Shown here piece after piece: positions 40,991-47,643 of a stretch of DNA of 47,643 nucleotides; the stretch's first letter is position 1; each line of letters opens with the position of its first letter. Location: assembly GCA_003563855.1 (NCBI GenBank), contig PWTM01000191.1, positions 1-47,643 of the forward strand, given 5' to 3'. The notes beneath the pieces were generated by a model. That model made no database searches. It saw only the letters and a list, made by a program, of their open reading frames with translations, and had not been told where the DNA came from. Source of the stretch: PVC group bacterium (GTDB taxonomy: Bacteria > Verrucomicrobiota > Kiritimatiellia > PWTM01). Made by a program: the position numbers and the translations under genes.

Positions 40991-42216
40991 AGGAGGAACG
41001 CCCGATGCGCTTTGAGACGCGCGCGATCCACGAGGGCCAGCCGCCCGATCCCGCGACGGGGGCGGTGACGGTCCCGGTCTTCCAGACCTCGACCTACGAG
41101 CAGGATGCGATCGGAAAGCCGCGCGGGTTCGAGTACTCCCGGACCGGGAACCCGACGCGGCAGGCGCTGGAGCAGGCGCTGGCCTCGCTCGAGGGCGGCG
41201 CGCACGGACTGGCTTTCGCCTCCGGCCTGGCGGCGACGGCGGCCGTCCTCCAGTTGCTTCGCCCCGGTGACCGCGTTGTGGCGGGCGACGACCTCTACGG
41301 CGGGACGTACCGGCTGCTCGAGCAGGTCTACCGGCCCTGGGGGCTCGAAGTGGAGTACGTCGACGCCGGCTCGGCCGAGGCGGTCGCGGCGGCCGCGCGG
41401 CCGGGCACGCGGCTGTTCTGGGTCGAGACGCCGACGAACCCGTTGCTGAAGCTGGTGGACATCGCCGCGGTCGCCGCGGTTGCCCGCGAGGCGGGCGCGC
41501 TGCTTGCGGTGGACAATACGTTCGCCAGCCCGTACTTCCAGCGACCGCTCGAGCTGGGGGCCGACCTGGTCGTGCACAGCTCGACGAAGTACCTGGGCGG
41601 GCACAGCGACGTGATCGGCGGGGCGGCGATCACGAACCGGCCCGAGACGCATCGCGCGCTGGCCTTCGTTCAGAACGCGGCAGGCGCGGTGCCCGGCCCC
41701 TGGGACTGCTGGCTGATCCTGCGCGGGCTCAAGACGCTGGCGGTGAGGATGCGCGCGCACGAACGCAACGCGCAGCGGCTGGCGCGGGCGCTCGAGGTGC
41801 ATCCTGCCGTCGCGCGCGTGTTCTACCCCGGCCTTCCCTCGCATCCGCAGCACGCGCTGGCCGCCCGGCAGATGTCGGGGTTCGGCGGCATGGTCAGCCT
41901 CGAGTTGAAGGGCGGGTTCGCGGCGGTCGAGCGGTTCGTGGAACGGCTGAAGCTCTTCACGCTGGCCGAGAGCCTGGGCGGTGTCGAGTCGCTCGTCTGC
42001 TATCCGCCGCGCATGACGCACGCCGCATTGCCGCCGGAAGAACGCGCCCGGCGCGGCATCCGCGACAGCCTCGTCCGGCTTTCGGTCGGGATCGAGGACG
42101 GCGACGACCTCGAGGAAGATGTGCGCGCGGCGCTCAGAAGGTCATCTCGGCGGAGAGGACCGTGTTGCGACCCGGTTCGTTCACGCCCGAGCCGTGAATC
42201 CGGTAGTCGGCATTGA
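40987..42216 (+). CDS. Cystathionine gamma-lyase/synthase (Cys/Met metabolism PLP enzyme)
   Basis: YSRTGNPT, FASGLAA, ETPTNP, VDNTF, HSSTKYLGGHSD, AESLGGVESL, RLSVGIE. ATGA overlap with cbs; the start may instead be 41005. Confidence 0.92.
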   Translation: MKEERPMRFETRAIHEGQPPDPATGAVTVPVFQTSTYEQDAIGKPRGFEYSRTGNPTRQALEQALASLEGGAHGLAFASGLAATAAVLQLLRPGDRVVAGDDLYGGTYRLLEQVYRPWGLEVEYVDAGSAEAVAAAARPGTRLFWVETPTNPLLKLVDIAAVAAVAREAGALLAVDNTFASPYFQRPLELGADLVVHSSTKYLGGHSDVIGGAAITNRPETHRALAFVQNAAGAVPGPWDCWLILRGLKTLAVRMRAHERNAQRLARALEVHPAVARVFYPGLPSHPQHALAARQMSGFGGMVSLELKGGFAAVERFVERLKLFTLAESLGGVESLVCYPPRMTHAALPPEERARRGIRDSLVRLSVGIEDGDDLEEDVRAALRRSSRRRGPCCDPVRSRPSRESGSRH

Positions 42217-43725
42217 ACACGTTCTCGATCGCCGCGGTCAGGCGCAGTGCCGGTGTGACCTCGATCCCGGTGCGCAGGTGCGCCACGCCATAGGCGGGCG
42301 TGCCGCCCGGCGGGATGCGCTGCGTGTCGCGCCGGTCGGCGGCGGAGAGACGGACCGCCTTCTCCGCCGCCTCGCCGACGGCTTCGACCCAGGCGCGCCC
42401 CTCGCGCTCGGTCCACCGCAGGCCCAGGCGCGCGGTCAGCGGCATCAGGCGGCTGACCGGTTCGCGCTTGCGGACGGGCGCCGAGGTGGGGTACCCGTCG
42501 ACGCGGCCGTCCATCCACGCGAGCTGCGCCCAGGCGCCCCATGCGCGGGACACGGCGACGTCGAGCCGGCCCTCGACGCCGTGCACGTAGCCGTCGCCCG
42601 CGTTCCGCTTTGTAACCTCGGCCATGCCGTCTGGAAGCACGTTCCCGGTTGGCGTGCGGACGATCATCCCCTGGATCGCCGTGTGGTAGGCCGACAGGGT
42701 GAGGCGCGCCGGGGCGGCGTTCAGGCGGAGCCCGGCCTCGACCGAGACGTATCGTTCGGGATCGAGGTCGGCGACCGGCACTTCCAGTTCGCCGCTGCGG
42801 GCCACGTCGAGCCGCGTGAGGTCCGACAGGTTCGGAGCGCGAAATCCCTGCGAGACGCCCGCGTAGAAGGACGAGCGGGCGTCCGCTCCAAACTGGACCT
42901 GGCCGCGGAGCGAGCCCACGAGCGCGTTCCAGGCGCGATCGATGGCGAGCGTCCCGCCGGTAGCTGGATCCCAGACGCGGTCGGCGCGGGCGTGGGCGCG
43001 CGTGAAGCGGATGCCGCTGGTGATCTCGGCCGGGCCGTCCCGCCCGACGTGGAGTTGGTTCTGCAGGTAGATTCCGAGCCTGTCGTAGCGGGCGCCGTCG
43101 GCCACGGGACCCTGGACCTGCGTCGCCTGCAGCCGGCCCTCGGCGTCGTACTGCCGCGCATAGGAGCCTGTCTCGTCCCGGTCGAGGTCGGCCCCGGCGG
43201 TCCAGCGCCCGGTCGCGGAAGGGATCGCCACGAGCCCGGAGGCGCCCCAAGTGGTGACGTCGAACCCCTGCCGGTCCCGCCGCCCGTCGTTGCGGACGCG
43301 ATGCCGGTCCTCGGCGTGCGCTTGGCGGTAGACCGTGACGGACGGCGCCCATCCGCGGTCGTCTTCGGCGTCGAACCGCAGCCAGGTCAGGTCCCGGCCG
43401 TGGTCGAACACGTGCTCCAGGTCGTCGCCGCGCTGCAGGCCGTTCCAAGCCAGCCCGTGCACCGTCCGGTGCGTGCGCCAGACGTTGTCGAGGCGAGCCC
43501 ACTGGTGCGCGAGCGCCAGGCGCATGCCGGGCCGCGGCGTCCATTCCGCGCGCGCGTCCGCGGCCCGCTCCTCGTAGCCGGTCTTGGGCTGACGTCCCAC
43601 GGTCCGTCCGCCCCGCAGGTCCCCGTATTCGTTCCACGTCAGGCCGCCGATCAGTCCGAGCGGCGCCCAGGGGCGCCCGTGGACTTCGAACCGGCCGCCG
43701 ACGGAATCCTCGGCCGTGGCCGCGC
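42134..43725 (-). pseudogene. TonB-dependent receptor, 5'-truncated (barrel only)
   Basis: QGFRAPNL, LDPE, AIENVFNADY.IHGSG, C-terminal Phe (AEMTF). The frame stays receptor-like up to about 43725 (AATAEDSVGGRFEVHG) but has no signal peptide, plug or proper start. Confidence 0.8.
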
Positions 43726-44313
43726 GGCGATGACGGCGCGGACCCGGGCCCAGTAGGACTCCGCGTCCGGGCCGGGTTCGCGCGCTGCGTCCGCGCCGTC
43801 CAGCGGATCGGGTTCAAAGACAAGGGGCGGATTCTCCGGCTCCGGTTCGGGAAAGGCGGGGTCCGGCAGGGTATCAGCCAGGGCCGCGAGGGCGTCGTCG
43901 ATCTCGCGGCTGGCCTCGGCGGCCAGCTTTCGGAGCATATCCGGATCCATCGGGTCAAGCGGCGGATCGATTGCGTCCGGAAGGGAATCGGGCGGGTTCG
44001 GCGGCTCGGGCCACGCGTCAAGCGTGGGCGGTGGCGCGGGCGGTGGCGTGAGTTCGACGCGCAACGTCGGGGCGGGGGTGGCCTGCTCGCCGGCGCCGCC
44101 CGCCCCGATCCCGATCGTAACGCCGAGCGCGAGGTGCAGGAGGAGCGAGGCCGGCAGCGCGCGTGGAAGGCGGCCCAGCGGGCAGCGGCCCAGCCGTGCG
44201 CGTACCCCAGCGCAGTGCACCCGCCAGGCCCCCAGAGAGCCGGGCAGACGCACGCGGGTCCGGGGTCGGACCGCACCGCTCAGGTGCCCTGCGTAGGGGG
44301 AACCCGCATCCAT
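43651..44313 (-). pseudogene. tonB: Energy transducer TonB, 3'-truncated
   Basis: GGAAGGAGG RBS; TM anchor ASLLLHLAL (S-x3-H); Pro-rich spacer; ESYWARVRAVIAA marks the start of the TonB C-terminal domain, after which the sequence loses similarity and stops. Confidence 0.7.
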
Positions 44314-44402
44314 GTGCCCTCCTTCCATCGATGTGCGGGAAATGGACAAAACGCCCTCACTTGGTCACTTGCCGGGGGAAGCCCGCGCCCGCCTCTGTCC
44401 CC

Positions 44403-44424
44403 GATCCCCGTTGGACGGGGGATC
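44403..44424 (-). terminator. Hairpin immediately after the nucleotidyltransferase stop
   Basis: GATCCCCCGTCCAACGGGGATC on the minus strand; no U-tract. Confidence 0.35.
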
Positions 44425-45709
44425 ACGACCTCGCAGGCGCCGAAGGCGCAGTCCGGCCGCGTGGCTGATGCAGGCGGCTGCGCGCGAGGTCGACCGCGCC
44501 GCCGGCCAGGCGGGCGAACGCGCCGGCCGCGTGCCGCCATCTGCGCGCGAGTCGGCCGCGGTGCGGGTAGCGGCGCCGCAGGGTGCGGGTGTCGGGCCAG
44601 AGGTAGCGGAATGCGTCGAGAAGGCGGACCGGGCGGAACCCGGTATCGCGGCGGAACCCGAACCGGCTGCGGCGGGGCGCATCGGGATCGCCGCTGAGCC
44701 AGCGGACGGCGGCGGCTTCGAGTCTCCGCGCGAGCGGGCCGGCCTCGGGGCCGTCGAGCCGCGCCAGCACCCCGGCCGGCGGCGGGACACCGAGCAGGAC
44801 TTCGGTGGCCCGAAGGCCGGCGCGCGCGGCCGGCTCGACGTTCCAGCGCTGTGCCTTCGCGACCAGCCGGTCGACATCGAGCGTCCCGCCAAGGCGGTCG
44901 AGGGCGGCCGCCACGTCGAGCGCGTGAATCCACCAGCCGGCGGCCAGCACGCGGGCGGCGGCGTCCGGGCGTTCGAGCAGCCGCTCGATCCAGGGGCCGT
45001 GCTTGACGAGGTGGATACAGAGCGAGAGCAGCAGATCGTCCTCGGCGAGGCGCAGCGCCGGTGCGCCCGCGATCGTGCCCGGCCGGGCGGCGTCGAGGAT
45101 CTCGGCGTAGTCGATCAGCCAGCGCGTGAACCGGTGATCGAGCGCCCAATGCACCTCGGCCATCACGCCGGTCTTCCCGTGGACGTAGAGCAGGTGCAGG
45201 TGCTGGCGCTCGTAGTAGCCGTCGTCGAGGGCGCCGGCGGGCGGACCGTAGCCGGCCTCGCGCAGCAGCGCCTTGACGCGGGGCAGTTCGCCGCGGTCGA
45301 TCAGCAGGTCCAGGTCGCTGTAGGGGCGGAGCGAGGGGTCGTCGTAGACGCGCTCGCCGACGGCCGGGCCGCGGAGAAGCACCGCGCGCGCGCCGTTGGC
45401 GTGGAAACGGACGAGCAGGTCACGCGTGGCCTCGTCGAGCCGCGCGGCGCGGAAAAGCTCGCGCCGGAGCCGGTCCCTCAATTCGCGCCCGAGGGCCTCG
45501 GGCAGCGCCGCGTCGAGTCCGGCGGCCTTGAGCGCGCGCCAGAGCAGCGGCACGAGCCGGTTCCTGTCGGCGAGGACGAGCAGCCGGCCCGGGTCGGGGC
45601 CGGCCGCGAGGGCGGTCCGGGCGGCCTCCGCCTCGGACTCGCCGATCCGCGGCCGGGTCAGCGCGGCGAGGAGGCGCACTTCGGGCGGAGGGATGTCGGA
45701 AGGGTTCAT
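44423..45709 (-). CDS. Nucleotidyltransferase family protein (NTP_transf_5-like)
   Basis: LLRGPAVGERVYDDPSLRPYSDLDLLI (LKG...Y...R...DxD pattern), EVHWAL, LLLSLCIH, W..DVA. Confidence 0.82.
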   Translation of the reverse strand: MNPSDIPPPEVRLLAALTRPRIGESEAEAARTALAAGPDPGRLLVLADRNRLVPLLWRALKAAGLDAALPEALGRELRDRLRRELFRAARLDEATRDLLVRFHANGARAVLLRGPAVGERVYDDPSLRPYSDLDLLIDRGELPRVKALLREAGYGPPAGALDDGYYERQHLHLLYVHGKTGVMAEVHWALDHRFTRWLIDYAEILDAARPGTIAGAPALRLAEDDLLLSLCIHLVKHGPWIERLLERPDAAARVLAAGWWIHALDVAAALDRLGGTLDVDRLVAKAQRWNVEPAARAGLRATEVLLGVPPPAGVLARLDGPEAGPLARRLEAAAVRWLSGDPDAPRRSRFGFRRDTGFRPVRLLDAFRYLWPDTRTLRRRYPHRGRLARRWRHAAGAFARLAGGAVDLARSRLHQPRGRTAPSAPARS

Positions 45710-45942
45710 CGTCGGCGGCAACCCTATAGACCATGTGACGGCGGCGCGGAAGCGGATTCGCGTGAAGGGCAGGGGAGGGGGGACGGGGAACGCGATGACG
45801 GGGTGGGCGCACCGGGTCCGTCGGCGTGTCGGCCTTCCGTACAGCGGGAGCTGCGCACCCGCGGCCGAGCGGTGGCTGGCGTGGGCCGACAGCAGCGGTC
45901 CCGTAGGTCCCACTGCACGGGCGCGGTGTAGCGTCCGCGACG

Positions 45943-45972
45943 TTGACACGGCGCTTCCGGGCAGCACAGAAT
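45943..45972 (+). promoter_or_regulatory. Putative sigma70 promoter of the PqqD-radical SAM operon
   Basis: TTGACA-N18-CAGAAT, then GGAGGG RBS and the ATG at 46014. Confidence 0.5.
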
Positions 45973-46013
45973 CCGCGCGCGCAGCGGCATCGCCGCGCGG
46001 GGGAGGGATGGGA

Positions 46014-46313
46014 ATGGCGGACGAAGCGACCGGAAGCGCGCGGCTGAGCCGGGCGGACGACGTGGTGCGGCGCCAGATCGCCGACGAAATCATCCTTGTG
46101 CCGGTGCGGCGCTCGGCCGAGGACTTGGACAGCATCTACTCGATCAACCCGCTGGCCGCCCAGATCTGGGACGGGCTCGACGGACAGCGGACGCTCGGCG
46201 AGATCCGCGCGCAGATTCTCGATGAATACGAGGTCAGCGCCGGTGATCTCGATCGCGACCTGGCCGAATTCGTCGCGCAGCTGAAGGCCGAGGGGCTGGT
46301 CCGGGAGGCCTGA
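46014..46313 (+). CDS. PqqD-family RiPP recognition element (stand-alone RRE)
   Basis: About 99 aa: VVRRQIADEIILVP...IYSINPLAAQIWDGLDG..TLGEI...I.DEYEV....L..DL.EFV.QL...GLV. Confidence 0.88.
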   Translation: MADEATGSARLSRADDVVRRQIADEIILVPVRRSAEDLDSIYSINPLAAQIWDGLDGQRTLGEIRAQILDEYEVSAGDLDRDLAEFVAQLKAEGLVREA

Positions 46314-46314
46314 G

Positions 46315-47430
46315 ATGGACGCGCAGGGCGCGCCGTCGGTCGAGTACGCGGATTGGAGCCTGCGGGTGCACCAGCAGGCGAACCGCCAGCGCCTCCCGCT
46401 CTCCGGCTCCCTCGAGGTCACCTTCGACTGCAACTTTCGTTGCATCCACTGCTACTGTGTCGATCAACCCCCGCGGAAGGAGCTGAGCCTCGACGAGATT
46501 CGGAAGCTGCTGGACCAGATGGCCGCCGAGGGATGCCTCTGGCTGTTGCTGACGGGCGGGGAGCCGCTGCTGCGTCGGGACTTCCCGGAGATCTACCTGC
46601 ACGCGCGGCAGCGCGGGCTGATCACGACGGTCTTCACGAACGGGAGCCTGGTGACGGACCGCATCGCGGGGCTGCTGGGCGACCTGAAGCCGTTCGTCGT
46701 CGAGGTCACGCTCTACGGGTTCTCGTCGGAGACCTACCGGGAGGTCACGGGCCGCGCGGAGCATTTCGATCGCGTCCTGCAGGGGATCGACCGGCTCCAG
46801 GCGCGCGGGGTTCCGCTCAAACTCAAGTCGATGATCCTGCGCCAGAATCTCGGCGATCTTCCGCAGTTGCAGGCCTTCGCGGAATCGCGCGGGCTGGCGT
46901 ACCGGTTTGACCCGGTGTTGAACCCGACGCTGGCCGGCGACCGGCGGCCGGAGGAGCTGATGGTCGCGCCCGCGGAGATCGTGCGGCTGGACCTCGATGA
47001 CGCGGAGCGCCTCAAGGGCTGGCGGGACTTCTGCGAGAAGTTCACGTTCGCCTGCGACGACGGACGGCTCTTCAAGTGCGGCGCGGGGCAGTGGGGGTTC
47101 CATGTCGATCCGGAGGGCAAACTCTCGCTCTGCATGTTCGCCCGGCAGTACCAGTGCGACCTTCGCCGGATCTCCTTCCGTGAGGCCTTCTACACGTTCC
47201 TGCCGTCAGTCCTCGAGCGCAAGGAAACGCGCGTTACGAAATGCACGAGCTGCGCCATCCGCAACATGTGCGGGCAGTGCGCGGGCTGGGCGCACCTGCA
47301 CAGCGGCGACGAAGAGGCGCCGGTCGAGTACCTCTGCCGGATCGCGCATGCGCGGGCCGAGGCGTTCGGCATCGCGACGGCGCTCCCGGCGCAGGGAGGG
47401 ATGCGGGATGAATCGCTCGACGGCTCTTGA
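46315..47430 (+). CDS. Radical SAM / SPASM domain protein
   Basis: CNFRCIHC (CX3CX2C), TGGEPLL, FTNG; SPASM cysteines CX12GX4C and CX2CX5CX2CX18C. Confidence 0.92.
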   Translation: MDAQGAPSVEYADWSLRVHQQANRQRLPLSGSLEVTFDCNFRCIHCYCVDQPPRKELSLDEIRKLLDQMAAEGCLWLLLTGGEPLLRRDFPEIYLHARQRGLITTVFTNGSLVTDRIAGLLGDLKPFVVEVTLYGFSSETYREVTGRAEHFDRVLQGIDRLQARGVPLKLKSMILRQNLGDLPQLQAFAESRGLAYRFDPVLNPTLAGDRRPEELMVAPAEIVRLDLDDAERLKGWRDFCEKFTFACDDGRLFKCGAGQWGFHVDPEGKLSLCMFARQYQCDLRRISFREAFYTFLPSVLERKETRVTKCTSCAIRNMCGQCAGWAHLHSGDEEAPVEYLCRIAHARAEAFGIATALPAQGGMRDESLDGS

Positions 47431-47643
47431 AATCGCGGGGATCCGCTATTCGCTGGAGAAGGCGAAGGGCGGGTCGGATCTCGTGATCGACCGTTCGCAT
47501 GCTCCCTTCGTTTCGGAGGGCGAGCCCGCGCTGCGGTTCGAGGCGGTGGACGGCGACTGGCCGGCGATCGAGGGGCTTCGGCCCGCGTTCGAGTCCGGCT
47601 CCTGGTGGCGGATGCTCGAGGCGCCGGGCGCCCACGTGGTCTC
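47408..47643 (+). CDS. Partial CDS, N-terminus resembling ScmC/HPr-kinase-like proteins of PqqD-rSAM cassettes
   Basis: Manual translation MNRSTALEIAGIRYSLE...PFVSEGEP...AFESGSWWRML is open to the window edge and overlaps the rSAM stop. The family guess rests on N-terminal resemblance and context only. Confidence 0.5.
   Translation, partial: MNRSTALEIAGIRYSLEKAKGGSDLVIDRSHAPFVSEGEPALRFEAVDGDWPAIEGLRPAFESGSWWRMLEAPGAHVV

Noticed and set aside
44314-44422. Cobalamin riboswitch upstream of tonB
   Set aside because: The region is short and lacks recognisable B12-box elements.
45710-46013. RiPP precursor peptide between the nucleotidyltransferase and PqqD genes
   Set aside because: No short ORF with an RBS and leader-like sequence was found; the region looks like divergent promoters.
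46014-47430. PQQ biosynthesis (pqqD/pqqE)
   Set aside because: No pqqA, pqqB or pqqC upstream; the context differs from pqq operons.

Overview
Very GC-rich bacterial chromosomal window. PEP-CTERM, a Verru_Chthon-like minor-pilin cassette, a DUF1570-like peptidase and a prenyltransferase-repeat protein suggest the PVC superphylum, plausibly Kiritimatiellia/Lentisphaerae-like (inference). Most genes are housekeeping: nadE, a NifA-type sigma54 activator, argS, purQ, mazG, obg, rpmA, rplU, gap, tkt, dgt, maf, ruvA, ruvB, a LOG-family gene, panD, glgX, cystathionine beta-synthase and a cystathionine gamma-lyase/synthase. Many intergenic regions are filled with REP-like palindromes, a roughly 400-480 bp composite repeat present in several copies, tandem mosaics and 7-nt microsatellites. 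Notable items: (i) at the right edge, a RiPP-like cassette of PqqD/RRE, radical SAM-SPASM and a probable kinase-like gene, with a divergent nucleotidyltransferase and no precursor visible; (ii) an apparent deletion joining the 5' half of tonB out of frame to a plug-less TonB-dependent receptor; (iii) a PEP-CTERM gene split by one in-frame TGA; (iv) a small relic of an antitoxin/MazF-type toxin pair; (v) a beta-helix protein fused to a SurA-N-like domain that the ORF track missed; (vi) a catalytically degenerate HAD-fold gene coupled to mazG. No rRNA, tRNA or CRISPR array was seen. All family assignments come from motif recognition, not database searches.
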